NCBI RefSeq assembly: GCF_988243305.1
Contig: NZ_OZ547136.1
Reading direction: 5' to 3' (one strand)
Length of the DNA stretch: 64,000 nucleotides
Of this stretch, positions 30,275 to 43,948 are shown piece by piece. The notes beneath the pieces are model-generated. The model was not told the origin of the DNA. It saw only the letters and a program-made list of their open reading frames with translations, and made no database searches. How positions within the stretch are numbered: position 1 is the stretch's first letter; the number at the start of each line of letters is the position of its first letter. A program made the translations under genes and the position numbers.

Positions 30275-31009
30275 CTATGATGCTTCAATTCGTTTATAAA
30301 GGTGATTATACATTAGCTGTTCAGCTTTATCACAATCATGCTCTTTTATGGCCGTAAGTATTTCAATATGCTGCTGATGGGTTTTTTTGTTATTTTCATA
30401 TGTCATTTTATTCTTTTCCAGAGGTTTGGCCATTATCAGCCATTCAGAAAATGCTGAGTGTATTGTTTTTAATACTTTATTGTCAGGTATATCAGCAAGT
30501 ATACTATGAAATTCAATATCATATTGAGCATACACTTCGGGGGTTCTCAGTGAGTTATGATGGATACTGAGCACCTTCTCAAGCCTGTGAATATCCTCAG
30601 GCGTTGCATTTTTTGCTGCATATCTTACAAGGTTGGTTTCAAAAAAGATGCGTAGTCTTTCAAAATCCTTGATGCCATCAGCTGTAGATAAAAAATCTTT
30701 AACAATGCCTGATAACCCATTAATGATGGTTTCTGGTGATGGACGGCAGACACTGGCTTTTTCTCCCTTGTTATACCGGATTAGCCCTTTATGTCTGAGA
30801 GATGATAAAGCCTCTCTGACAGATGGTCTTCCAACGCCAAAGAATGCCATAAGTTCACGTTCAGAAGGCAGGTATTCACCTTCCCTTATCTCCTCCTGGC
30901 GGATCATTCTTTCAAGCTCTTCGGCAACGATTTCTGAAAGTTTTTTTGTAACAATGGGCTTTCTGGTCGTTGTTAGCCCGGGTAACACGGTTTTTTTGTT
31001 GTCGGACAT
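30275..31009 (-). CDS. GntR/FadR-family regulator (NanR-like)
   Basis: …LPSERELMAFFGVGRPSVREAL… and overall colinearity with NanR. Confidence 0.8.
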   Translation of the reverse strand: MSDNKKTVLPGLTTTRKPIVTKKLSEIVAEELERMIRQEEIREGEYLPSERELMAFFGVGRPSVREALSSLRHKGLIRYNKGEKASVCRPSPETIINGLSGIVKDFLSTADGIKDFERLRIFFETNLVRYAAKNATPEDIHRLEKVLSIHHNSLRTPEVYAQYDIEFHSILADIPDNKVLKTIHSAFSEWLIMAKPLEKNKMTYENNKKTHQQHIEILTAIKEHDCDKAEQLMYNHLYKRIEAS

Positions 31010-31105
31010 ATATTGATTTATATGGATTAGAGCAAATGAGTTTTTAATTTAACACTTTCTTTTAATAATGAAAATATTTAATTAAATCTATTATGTAAAG
31101 GGGGA

Positions 31106-32095
31106 ATGATGTATCATCATGATTTTAATGAAAAAATAGGTTTCTGGTATGTGATAGCCCTCGCAGGACAGTCTAATGGTATGGCCTACGGTGAAGGTAT
31201 TCCCCTGCCAGATACACTCGACAAACCCGAGTCCCGTGTAAAACAACTGGCTCGTCGAAAAACAATCACACCAGGAGGAAAAGAGTGTAAATTCAATGAG
31301 ATTATTCCGGCAGATCACTGCCTGCATGATGTTCAGGATATGAGTGGATATCACCATCCGGCTGCTGATTTGCATAAAGGGGAATATGGTTGTGTCGGAC
31401 AGGGATTGCATATAGCTAAAAAGTTACTGCCATACATACCTGAGCAAGCAGGGATATTACTGGTTCCTTGTTGCAGAGGAGGTGCCGCCTTTACTGTTGG
31501 AGCTGAAGGTATGTATGTACCTGATACAGGGGCAACAGCTGATGCAATGCGGTGGGGCACCGGAACAGCACTCTATGAGGACTTAGTAGCCCGGGTTAAG
31601 GTAGCTCTGGAATATAACAGAAAGAATAAACTGCTATCTGTCTGCTGGATGCAGGGGGAGTTTGATCTTATGTCACCAGATTATGAAAAGCATCCTGACT
31701 TGTTTTATCAGATGGTAACTTCTTTCAGGTCTGAGTTATCTGAATACTCATCTCAGTGTGTTGGTAATTCGTCAGAAAGAGTTCCATGGTTGTGTGGTGA
31801 TACAACCTGGTACTGGAAGGAATCTTATCAAAAAGAATATGATTTTATATATGGACATTACAGACAACGGACTGATGATGAAATACATTTTCTCAGCTTT
31901 CAGGATAGTAACCGACATGAATTAACTAATGAGCCAGAAGAAGATGCCGATGATTTATCTGTCGGGTATCTGGGGTCATCATGGAGGACAGAATTAAGCT
32001 GGACAACGTCACAGAGAAGTACACATTTTAATTCAATGGCCAGAAGGGGAGTTATTGCTGAATGTTATGCGCAAAAAATAAGAAATTATTTGTAG
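31106..32095 (+). CDS. nanS: Sialate O-acetylesterase NanS/YjhS-like (SGNH hydrolase)
   Basis: ALAGQSNGMAYGE GDS-type motif; similarity to YjhS as recalled. Confidence 0.8.
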   Translation: MMYHHDFNEKIGFWYVIALAGQSNGMAYGEGIPLPDTLDKPESRVKQLARRKTITPGGKECKFNEIIPADHCLHDVQDMSGYHHPAADLHKGEYGCVGQGLHIAKKLLPYIPEQAGILLVPCCRGGAAFTVGAEGMYVPDTGATADAMRWGTGTALYEDLVARVKVALEYNRKNKLLSVCWMQGEFDLMSPDYEKHPDLFYQMVTSFRSELSEYSSQCVGNSSERVPWLCGDTTWYWKESYQKEYDFIYGHYRQRTDDEIHFLSFQDSNRHELTNEPEEDADDLSVGYLGSSWRTELSWTTSQRSTHFNSMARRGVIAECYAQKIRNYL

Positions 32096-32139
32096 ACTGA
32101 ACCGCCCCGGGTTTCCTGGAGAGTGTTTTATCTGTGAAC

Positions 32140-34882
<2,743 letters not shown>

Positions 34883-35300
34883 CGTAAGTAAAATCAGCCA
34901 CCCACAGCTGGTCAGGACGTTCTGCCACGCACTGACGGTTTACGCGGTCACCTGTGGCAACGGTTTTCCGGCTGACGGTAGTGCGGACCTTTTTACCCCG
35001 GAGAACACCGGCAAGTCCCATAACCGCCATGAGGCGCGCCACTGTACATCTGGCCACCCTGATTCCTTCCCGTAACAACTGACGCCAGACTTTACGCACA
35101 CCGTACACCTGATGATTTTCATCGTATACGCGCTGTATCTCTCTCTTCAGCCAGTCATCGTGCTGCGCACGGGCACTGCGTTTATCCGGATGATGTCGCT
35201 GTTGCTGACAATGGTAATACGTTGACGGGGCAATATGCAGTTCGCTGCATACCGGTCCGACCCCGTACTGCTCACGCAGCTTATCCAGCAGTGGCATCAT
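34883..35300 (-). pseudogene. IS629 orfB, 5' exon portion
   Basis: [21 protein letters not shown]…QLWVADFTY then intron sequence. Confidence 0.8.
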
Positions 35301-35623
35301 TTTTTCCAGAGGCGGTCGAACTCCGCCTTCGCAAAATAAGCGGAAGCCTGGCGAAGGATATCGTTACTGCGGCGCAGTTCACGATTTTCACGTTCCAGCT
35401 CTTTCAGACGCTGACGTTCAGCGGTGGTGAGCCCTCCATCACCGCCCCCGGTATCCCGCTCATGCTGGCGAACCCAGACACGCAGAGTCTCCGGCGTACA
35501 GCCAATCTTTGGGGCAATGGAACAAATTGCCGCCCACTGTGAGTCATACTCATCCTGACTTTCCAGAACCATACGAATCGCCCGCTGACGGACTTCGGGG
35601 GAAAAACGAGTATTTTTAGTCAT
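35297..35623 (-). CDS. IS629 OrfA
   Basis: [60 protein letters not shown]…. Confidence 0.85.
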   Translation of the reverse strand: MTKNTRFSPEVRQRAIRMVLESQDEYDSQWAAICSIAPKIGCTPETLRVWVRQHERDTGGGDGGLTTAERQRLKELERENRELRRSNDILRQASAYFAKAEFDRLWKK

Positions 35624-36027
35624 CCTGTTTACCTCTTTCTCAGGGAGTTTAGTCTCCAGGATTCCCGGGACGGTTCAGTTTCCATTCATGCTTTTAATCT
35701 TTCCCAAAATAACTAAAGCCAGATGTAACAGGCGAACATGGTAAAGTGTCCGCATATTTGAACCTCGCTGATAACGCCTTCACCTGACAACATATTGTCA
35801 GTGCTTCAGCATGTTAAGCTGTTCTTCTGAAAGGTCGGTAAGCTCCAGGACCATATTCCGACTTATCCTGGAAGGATGGCTGGTTCAGACTTCAGGATAT
35901 GGTTGAGGGTTACCTAGTGATGAAGTCTCTTGATCAGGAGATCTGATCAAGAGACAGCACTGGGTGGGGGTGACCATCTCATATCTATGCCTCCATTTGG
36001 CAATCATCAATTTTGACAGAAATAAAG

Positions 36028-36055
36028 CACAGGGGCTGTTCACATAGCCCCTGTG
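36028..36055 (-). terminator. Rho-independent terminator downstream of the MFS transporter gene
   Basis: 10-bp stem CACAGGGGCT / AGCCCCTGTG with 8-nt loop, T-rich 3' side on the minus strand. Confidence 0.5.
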
Positions 36056-36138
36056 CAGAGCAATTGATAACTCTTACTTTGTTGAAAATTCATTGCAGCT
36101 AAGGTCAATGCCACAACAACAAAGCAAATAAAGATTAA

Positions 36139-37425
36139 TCAGGCTTTATTAGGTAAAGTATTTACCGAATGTGAAATCTTCACTGTCAGTGTAACAACTG
36201 CTGAACACAATAGCGTGGCTATCATAAAGATGAATGCACTGTTGTAACTTCCGTCGCTGCTTTGGATCAACCAGCCAATGACAGGGGCAGAAATAACCCC
36301 AGCCATCTGACCGCCAAAGTTAACGATACCTGATGCTCGCCCCATGATATTACTGGGAATAGTATCCATCAAAATGCCCCAGAACATTGCCATAGCGAAG
36401 AACATAAACAACGCTGAAACACATTGATAAACAACAGCCATATCCGCACTACTTACGCTGAAAGTCAAGTACAGGAACCCTGCAGCAATTACGGAAGTCA
36501 AGACATATAGTGTTTTACGTTGTGGTTTTAATTTATCTGAGCAATAGCCACCTAATAATGTCCCCCCAGCTCCAAATAGAAAGGGGATCGCAGCCATTAC
36601 GCCAGTTTTGGCCAATGAGAATTCACGAACAGTAATTAGATAACTTGGCAACCAAGTTGAAAAGCCCCAGAACGTAATATCAAACAAAAACCAAATGCAG
36701 GCCATCTGCCAAAGTACAGGCATCTTAAGTACATCTTTAAATGCAATATTACTTTTGCCTTGCCCCCCGTCCTGGTTATCTGATGCTAGCTCAACCAGAT
36801 CCTGCTGCGTTATTGCTGGATGATCTTTTGGATTATCACGGGTAAATAACCAGATACCCGCAGCAATAAATAAACCTGGTATACCCAATACGATGAAGAC
36901 CATGTGCCAGCCAAATGCACCGATAATGCTCGCCGCTACAACAACCGCCAGTGCTGGCCCTAAGGTGTTCACCGTAGACTGAATGGCTGTTGCGCGTCCT
37001 CGCTCTTTCGATGGAAAATAGGTCGAAATCATCTTCCATGAAGCTGACGGGAAACAACCTTCCCCTATACCAAAGAAGAAACGAACAATCAGCATTAACG
37101 GCAGAGCAAGTACCGCACCAGTAAGGCTGGTAAATATGGACCACCATGCAATACCAATGGCCATAATTTTCCTTGAGCCAAACTTATCGGCTAACATTCC
37201 ACCGGGAATCTGAAATGCAGCATAACCAATAAAAAAAGCACTAATAATTAAACCTTGTTGTGTTGTATCAAGATTTAAATCTTTGCCAATATAAGGTAAT
37301 GAAACACTCATGACCATTCTGTCGAGAAAAGAGAGTAACCATGCTAACCAAATTAAGGTCAAGACGGTATATCTTGCTTTCCAAAGTTTTGGTTTACCTA
37401 AAGGTAAAGATGTTTGTAGATTCAT
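36139..37425 (-). CDS. MFS transporter (428 aa)
   Basis: 12-TM-type hydrophobic profile; last gene of the sigma-54 operon. Confidence 0.85.
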   Translation of the reverse strand: MNLQTSLPLGKPKLWKARYTVLTLIWLAWLLSFLDRMVMSVSLPYIGKDLNLDTTQQGLIISAFFIGYAAFQIPGGMLADKFGSRKIMAIGIAWWSIFTSLTGAVLALPLMLIVRFFFGIGEGCFPSASWKMISTYFPSKERGRATAIQSTVNTLGPALAVVVAASIIGAFGWHMVFIVLGIPGLFIAAGIWLFTRDNPKDHPAITQQDLVELASDNQDGGQGKSNIAFKDVLKMPVLWQMACIWFLFDITFWGFSTWLPSYLITVREFSLAKTGVMAAIPFLFGAGGTLLGGYCSDKLKPQRKTLYVLTSVIAAGFLYLTFSVSSADMAVVYQCVSALFMFFAMAMFWGILMDTIPSNIMGRASGIVNFGGQMAGVISAPVIGWLIQSSDGSYNSAFIFMIATLLCSAVVTLTVKISHSVNTLPNKA

Positions 37426-37502
37426 TGTAATGTCCTTTGAGTGTAACTATCTATCGCGACTCTTTTGGTCGCGATAGATCAATAAGTATTTAACGTAATT
37501 TA

Positions 37503-39098
37503 TTAATATTCTTTTCTGATAACTTTACCGCTACAGGCATAACTTTCCGTACCATTAATTAAGGCGATACGTCCATTGACCATTACAAGTTCAATTCCTT
37601 CTGGATACTGATTTGGCTCTACAAATGTTCCCTTATCTGCAATGGTTTTGGGATCGAACATTACAATATCAGCCGCATACCCAACTTTAAGTAATCCCCT
37701 GTTTTGCAGACCTAATACTTCCGCAGGTTTGCCGGTCATTTTACGAATTGCATCCTCCCAACTTAGGCATCCCTCTTCACGCACATATTTGCCCAGTACA
37801 CGAGGAAAGGCTCCAAACACTCGAGGATGGGGTTTTCCTGCCCCCATTAAACCATCAGTACAGACGTTCTGCTCTGCACGACAGAGGAATTTAATAACGT
37901 GTTCTTCTGTCCCATAGAAATCAACCATTCCTACAGCGTTTTCTTCTTCAAGAAGCAAATCGAAAGTGGCGTTATAGGGATCTTTACCGCGTAATTCGCC
38001 TAACTGGACAAGATTCAAACCTACGGCATCCTGATTTTTGGCAGTTTTCACACTGGTGACAAAAATTTGGTCTAGACCAGCAAAGTCAATAAAGTTATCC
38101 CATCCTGGAATACCTTGCTGAATGTCGTCGATCATTTTTGCACGCAGTTCTGGCGAAGCTAGTCGTTTCAGCAATTTATCCGTTCCTCCGGAATGGACCC
38201 ACGGAGGTAGGATTACACCAAGCATAGTGCTACCTGCAACATACGGATATTGATCGTAAGAGATACGTATTCCCTCTTTCTGCGCCTGTTCCAACATGCC
38301 AAGCATTTGGTCAATAAGCCCCCAGTTTTTCTTCCCACATACTTTCATATGTGATATATGGAGCCACACACCACTAGCTTTGGCTATATCGATTAATTCT
38401 TGGGTTGAATTGATAATATCATCAGCTTCACTGCGCTGATGCACCACAAAGAGCCCATCATATTTCGCTGTGACTTTACATAATTCAATCAACTCAGCAG
38501 TATCGCCAAAGGCGCAGGGCATATAGATAAGCCCAGAGGAAAGACCAAATGCCCCAGCTTTTAACTCCCGCTCAAGGATTTCACACATCTTTGCGACGTC
38601 TTCACGGGTAGAAGGGCGACCATCAAGTCCCATCGCTTCCATACGTACATTACCATGCGGAACCAGATACGCTAGATTTGTTGCTGGATGGTGAGATTCC
38701 AATAGGTTTAGGTATCCATCGGTATTTTTATATTTCCAGTCTATTTTATCGGTATCACCGTCAAGTCCAGCAATATTTTTACGCCAAGCTGGAATATATT
38801 TCTCAGGTAGTGGAGCCAATGCGACACCATCCTGTCCAAGTAACTCAGTAGTAATACCTTGACGTATTTTTGCCGATAGTTCAGGATTTATAATGGCCGA
38901 TAAATCAGAATGTGTGTGTGTATCAATAAAACCAGGGCAAATAATTTTTCCGCTTGCATCAATAAATTGTTCATTCTTACCAACATCAACGTGGCCGATG
39001 GAAATAATATATCCATCATCAACTACCACGTCAGTAATTATGCCCGGACTTCCTGTTCCATCAATAACATTTCCATTTTTAAAAATTGTTTTCATCAT
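37503..39098 (-). CDS. Amidohydrolase, N-acyl-D-amino-acid deacylase (D-aminoacylase) family
   Basis: GFIDTHTH metal-binding motif and family-like N-terminus; start taken at MMKTIF with GGAG RBS. Confidence 0.8.
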   Translation of the reverse strand: MMKTIFKNGNVIDGTGSPGIITDVVVDDGYIISIGHVDVGKNEQFIDASGKIICPGFIDTHTHSDLSAIINPELSAKIRQGITTELLGQDGVALAPLPEKYIPAWRKNIAGLDGDTDKIDWKYKNTDGYLNLLESHHPATNLAYLVPHGNVRMEAMGLDGRPSTREDVAKMCEILERELKAGAFGLSSGLIYMPCAFGDTAELIELCKVTAKYDGLFVVHQRSEADDIINSTQELIDIAKASGVWLHISHMKVCGKKNWGLIDQMLGMLEQAQKEGIRISYDQYPYVAGSTMLGVILPPWVHSGGTDKLLKRLASPELRAKMIDDIQQGIPGWDNFIDFAGLDQIFVTSVKTAKNQDAVGLNLVQLGELRGKDPYNATFDLLLEEENAVGMVDFYGTEEHVIKFLCRAEQNVCTDGLMGAGKPHPRVFGAFPRVLGKYVREEGCLSWEDAIRKMTGKPAEVLGLQNRGLLKVGYAADIVMFDPKTIADKGTFVEPNQYPEGIELVMVNGRIALINGTESYACSGKVIRKEY

Positions 39099-39161
39099 AA
39101 TTCTCCATGACGATGTCACATGGTGACACCGCCTGTAAGGGAAGAGGTTTTATCTTTAAAT

Positions 39162-40346
39162 TTAACGGAGATATAGTGTCTGAATAATGCTGTAATAACC
39201 ACTGGCCGAACCGGTTAATTGCTCGATCTCAATGTACTCATCAATGGTGTGCGCCAAGTTTTCCCGTGAAGGTCCAAACCCAATAGTTTTGATCCCCGCT
39301 TCACCAGCATAGTGGCTTCCGTTTGTACAAAATGAGTACTGCGTGATGGTCGGTGAAAACCCTGCCTTACGAATACCAACCAACGCAGCTTGTACAAATT
39401 CATCAGATTCGTCAAACACCCACCCAGGGAAGAAACGCTCACCTTCAATAGTTGCTCCTGTGTAGCAGGACTCTTGGCCTACTGCGTACGAGACCCGCCC
39501 TTTAAACTGCGGATCGAGGATTGCGAACTCTGCCAGTACACGTTCCAGAGGTGCAATAACGTTTTCTTTCGTTTCTCCGACAAGCAAACGGCGATCGTAA
39601 GTTGCACGGCAGTAATCCGGCACTACTGATGCTCCCGGATATGGCGATGATTTAATGTCTGTTAACTCTAAAATTCCGGGGCCAAGTATCGGATGCATTG
39701 GTGGTACAATGGTACGAATTTTGTCAATTAATTGTGCCATTTTGTAGACAGCATTTATTCCTGCCTGTGGATTGGCTGAGTGAGCTGGTTTCCCAAATGT
39801 TTCGACAACAATTTCAGCGCGTCCACGCTGACCGATTTTCAGGTTTAATTCGGAAGCTTCACCGATAATTACGTAATCAGGTTTAAAACGTTCACTGACC
39901 AAGCGTGCCGCAACACCTTCAAAACACTCTTCATGGACAATACAGGCTACGTAAATTTTGCCGGAAAAATTACGCTGGTAATCCTGACCAAAAAAACCAA
40001 CGGCGGAGATCATAGCCGCAACAGCTCCCTTCATGTCGGTTGCCCCCCGACCATAAATTTTGCCTTCGTCAATATCACCGCCATATGGATTCCGAGTCCA
40101 CATATCTTCGTTTACAGGCACAGTATCAATATGCCCATCCAAAACGAGAGTTTTCCCTGGCTGATTGCCAATAATACCACCAATAATATTGCCATACTTA
40201 TCGATATGAATATCGTCAAACTGGTAATACTGCATCATATCTTTTATGGCATTCACTACATCCCCTTCCTGACCGGAATAGCTTTTTTGTTGGATCAATG
40301 TCTGACAATTTTTAATAACTTCTTTATAACGACTTGCAGATAACAT
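39162..40346 (-). CDS. M20-family metallopeptidase/deacylase (YgeY/ArgE/DapE-like)
   Basis: LDGHIDTVP and GRGATDMKG motifs. Confidence 0.8.
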   Translation of the reverse strand: MLSASRYKEVIKNCQTLIQQKSYSGQEGDVVNAIKDMMQYYQFDDIHIDKYGNIIGGIIGNQPGKTLVLDGHIDTVPVNEDMWTRNPYGGDIDEGKIYGRGATDMKGAVAAMISAVGFFGQDYQRNFSGKIYVACIVHEECFEGVAARLVSERFKPDYVIIGEASELNLKIGQRGRAEIVVETFGKPAHSANPQAGINAVYKMAQLIDKIRTIVPPMHPILGPGILELTDIKSSPYPGASVVPDYCRATYDRRLLVGETKENVIAPLERVLAEFAILDPQFKGRVSYAVGQESCYTGATIEGERFFPGWVFDESDEFVQAALVGIRKAGFSPTITQYSFCTNGSHYAGEAGIKTIGFGPSRENLAHTIDEYIEIEQLTGSASGYYSIIQTLYLR

Positions 40347-40378
40347 GGTGTTCCTCCGTTATTATTTAAATTAGAAAA

Positions 40379-41593
40379 TTACTGCTGAAGTACCGGATAC
40401 TGAGTCCCCCAGACAATATTGCGATATGATTCTGGGTCAGTGTCACCTTCAGTGCTGATTAGCAAAACACGGGAATGTGAATCCAGCCCCAACTGTTCAC
40501 GGGTTTGCCTAAATGTAGGGGAGGTCATCAGTAACGCCAGAAGCCCTGTGGTTACTGCCCCTGACTCTCCAGAAATAATCTGCGGATCTCCTGCTAACGG
40601 ATTTCCCAAAATACGCATACCCAACATTGCAACCTCGTCAGGACAGGAGGCAAAGGCTGTAGCATAGTCACGTAGCAGCTTCCAGCCGATACTGTTAGCC
40701 TCGCCACAAGCCAGTCCTGCCATGAGTGTCTGCAAATCCCCCCCTACTGCCACGGCATTTCCATCTTTCGCCAAGGCTGAGCGGTAGAGGCAATCGGCAA
40801 TTAATGCTTCTACAACGATTACTTTTGGACGATTATCCCCCCAAGCAGCAGTCACCATTCCCTGGACCATACCCGCAAACGAACCAACCCCCGCTTGGAC
40901 AAAGATATGTGTTGGTGCTACCTGATGGAGTTGAGCCATAGCCTCCAGCATCAACGTGCTATAGCCCTGCATGATCCATAGAGGAATTTTTTCATACCCT
41001 TCCCAAGCGGTGTCCTGAACAACAATCCAGCCGGATTTATCTGCCTGCTCTGCGGTCATTCGAACAGCATCGTCATAGTTCATATTGACAATTTCAGCCG
41101 TAGCACCTTCATTGCGAATTGATGACAGGCGTTGTTGCGAAGACCCCTTTGGCATATAAACTACTGCATTTTGCTTTAGCTGACGCGCCATCCACGCTAC
41201 TCCCCGCCCGTGGTTACCGTCAGTAGTAGTAGCAAAGGTAACTGTTTTCAGATAATGGCGCACATCGTCACTAGTCATGATATCAAACGACAATTCATCA
41301 ATCTCTTTCCCTAGTAATTCTGCGATATGACATGCCATGGCATAGGCGCCACCCAGCACTTTGAAGGCTTTTAGGCCAAAACGCTGAGACTCATCTTTGA
41401 GATAGATCTTTTTTATCCCTAATTTTTGTGAAAGCGCAGGTAATGTATAGAGCGGCGTTGGCTCGTAGCCTGGTATTGTCCGATGAAAATTCAATGCTTT
41501 TACCAGCTCATTGTGACTAAATGAAGCTAGTGGTGCGCTAGGTTGCTGAGTAAATTGTGTCTGGTTAATAAAAAAGGATATTTTTTCCTGCAT
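40379..41593 (-). CDS. PLP-dependent diaminopropionate ammonia-lyase-like enzyme (DpaL/YgeX family)
   Basis: Family-level resemblance to YgeX-type ammonia-lyases; first gene of the operon. Confidence 0.75.
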   Translation of the reverse strand: MQEKISFFINQTQFTQQPSAPLASFSHNELVKALNFHRTIPGYEPTPLYTLPALSQKLGIKKIYLKDESQRFGLKAFKVLGGAYAMACHIAELLGKEIDELSFDIMTSDDVRHYLKTVTFATTTDGNHGRGVAWMARQLKQNAVVYMPKGSSQQRLSSIRNEGATAEIVNMNYDDAVRMTAEQADKSGWIVVQDTAWEGYEKIPLWIMQGYSTLMLEAMAQLHQVAPTHIFVQAGVGSFAGMVQGMVTAAWGDNRPKVIVVEALIADCLYRSALAKDGNAVAVGGDLQTLMAGLACGEANSIGWKLLRDYATAFASCPDEVAMLGMRILGNPLAGDPQIISGESGAVTTGLLALLMTSPTFRQTREQLGLDSHSRVLLISTEGDTDPESYRNIVWGTQYPVLQQ

Positions 41594-41675
41594 GATAAGA
41601 CCTCATTGTACTGGTATCTCGCACCCTGTAATCAGAGAAATCCAAAGATGCCTTCTGTATGACTATTCACTAAAA

Positions 41676-41691
41676 AGCAAAATGCGTACCA
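41676..41691 (-). promoter_or_regulatory. Candidate sigma-54 (-24/-12) promoter for the dpaL-like operon
   Basis: Minus strand reads TGGTAC-GCATT-TTGCT (GG-N10-GC spacing) about 85 bp upstream of the dpaL-like start; sigma-54 activator encoded divergently. Confidence 0.5.
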
Positions 41692-41973
41692 GTTTTTTAT
41701 TAGAGTTAGTAAAAAGTAACATATATTTCTTTAACCTTTTCATTTCAATGAATTAGGAAGTCATTGCGTCATAATGAATCCCCCTCCCTAGTATTGGCCT
41801 TATTTCAATGCCTGATAAATTCTCATTAATGAGAATTTATGTGATCAATCAAAAGAAAATAATAAAAACACAAATAAAACATATAGATATATTGATCTTT
41901 TTCAAGTAAATTTTTCCTAATATCATATAATTTCTCATTTTTCTGAGAATTTTATACTGACTGGAGGAGAACC

Positions 41974-43719
41974 ATGATTTCAGTACTGAGAAACATTCAG
42001 GATGATATATGTAATTATGCCGATGCTATCTCTGGCATAATCGGAACTGATGTAGAAATCATTGATGAGTCATTAATGCGCATAGCTGGTACAGGTCAAT
42101 ACAGGTATATGCTCAATGAGAGTGTGGTAAAAAATGGTTACATTTATCGGCATGTATTACAGGTACGAAAAACAGTTCTGATCACAAATCCAGGAGAACA
42201 TCCTCTCTGCCAGTTATGTGAGAAAAACCATTATTGCTCGGAAATGTTAGATTTGAACACACCCATTTTTCTCAATGAGCGTGTCATCGGAGTCATTGGA
42301 ATTATTTGCTCTACCCAGACACAGCGTAAAATCTTGTTGAACCAGATTGATAAATTTATTACCTTTATTGAGCAAATTGCTGCGATGATTTCCAGTAAAG
42401 TCTTCGAATGTCTGGAACGCCTGCGGGCCCAAGAAACTCTCAGTACATTTCGTCGATTGATTGATGCGATGGATCGCGGTGTTGTAGCTATTGATGGTAA
42501 GGGCCGAATCTGGCACGCTAACAACTCAGCCGATCGCATACTTAACCGCAAGGTTCAAGGTATTACGTTAACGATTGAAACAACCGGGGACATTCTATAT
42601 GGAGATGAAGAAGCATGGTTGACGCTGGAAGGAGAAAGATACCATGTGTTGTGCAAACAAATTTCTCTTTCCTCATTAGATAATGATCGACTCACCATGA
42701 TTATCTTTCGTGATGCACATGACTATCTGAGCACAATAGTTTATCCTTACGAATCTGATGCTCAAGTGCGATTAATTGGACATTCACCACTAATGGAACA
42801 ACTCAGAAGCACCGTTAGAAAAATCGCCAGTAGTTGTGCCAGCGTACTGATCACCGGAGAAAGTGGCTCAGGTAAAGAAGTTGTGGCATTTGCTATTCAT
42901 CAGAATAGTCCACGTAAATCCGCTCCTTTTGTAACAATCAACTGCGCTGCAATCCCAGAGCAACTGCTGGAAAGCGAGCTATTTGGCTACGTGAAGGGGG
43001 CATTTAGTGGGGCGAATCCTAAAGGACGTATAGGTAAATTTGAACTGGCCAATGGGGGAAGTCTCTTTCTCGATGAGATCGGAGATATGCCGCTCCATCT
43101 GCAGGCCAAGCTGCTTAGAGTTCTTCAGGAAAAAAACATTACCCGCGTTGGCTCTAATAATATTATCAATATTGATGTGCGCATTATTGCTGCGACCAAC
43201 AAAAACATCCGTGAAATGGTTGAGAGTAATCAGTTTCGAGAAGACCTTTATTATCGCCTGAATGTGGTTCCTCTAGTAATTCCTTCTTTACGGGAACGAC
43301 GGACTGATATTGCCCTCCTTGCACAATATTTTGCTGATGAGTTCTCTGAAAGCTATCAACGTCCAGTGAAAAAACTCCCCGATGATATAATTAACCATCT
43401 TTACGCTTGGCACTGGCCTGGTAACATCCGTGAATTACGTAATGTCATTGAGTATATTTTTGTTATGCGTGGTGAAACTACTGATATCAACGTCAGCCAT
43501 CTTCCCCCTTATCTGCTCAATGTAGTGGACAACAGCAAAACTGTTATGACAATCAACACCAAGCAGCTACTGAGTCAGGGAAGACAAGCGGAAAGGAGGG
43601 CAATTGAAACTGCATTACAACGATATAGCCCAAGTGGAGAGGGGAAAAAACAAGCTGCCGCTGAATTAGGAATAAGTATTGCTACACTATACCGAAAGAT
43701 AAAACAATATGGTTTATAG
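41974..43719 (+). CDS. Sigma-54-dependent transcriptional activator (YgeV-like)
   Basis: AAA+ Walker [15 protein letters not shown] and ESELFGY sigma-54 interaction motifs, C-terminal HTH; GGAGGAG RBS. Confidence 0.85.
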   Translation: MISVLRNIQDDICNYADAISGIIGTDVEIIDESLMRIAGTGQYRYMLNESVVKNGYIYRHVLQVRKTVLITNPGEHPLCQLCEKNHYCSEMLDLNTPIFLNERVIGVIGIICSTQTQRKILLNQIDKFITFIEQIAAMISSKVFECLERLRAQETLSTFRRLIDAMDRGVVAIDGKGRIWHANNSADRILNRKVQGITLTIETTGDILYGDEEAWLTLEGERYHVLCKQISLSSLDNDRLTMIIFRDAHDYLSTIVYPYESDAQVRLIGHSPLMEQLRSTVRKIASSCASVLITGESGSGKEVVAFAIHQNSPRKSAPFVTINCAAIPEQLLESELFGYVKGAFSGANPKGRIGKFELANGGSLFLDEIGDMPLHLQAKLLRVLQEKNITRVGSNNIINIDVRIIAATNKNIREMVESNQFREDLYYRLNVVPLVIPSLRERRTDIALLAQYFADEFSESYQRPVKKLPDDIINHLYAWHWPGNIRELRNVIEYIFVMRGETTDINVSHLPPYLLNVVDNSKTVMTINTKQLLSQGRQAERRAIETALQRYSPSGEGKKQAAAELGISIATLYRKIKQYGL

Positions 43720-43948
43720 GCGAATTTTCTTTATCACACAATATTTAGATAAGCAAATTGAGTAATTATTCTGTAAAGCATTCAGCGAATGCCTGTTATG
43801 TCACAAAAATTATTTACAGATCACATAAGTCATTTTCAAATGGCTTTGACTCTGGAAAAATAAGGTGTGCACTACTGTACGGGGTGAGCAACACTGGTGA
43901 TGGCGGGGTATTGTTTCATGAAATGCTAAATAACTGCTCCTAATGCCG

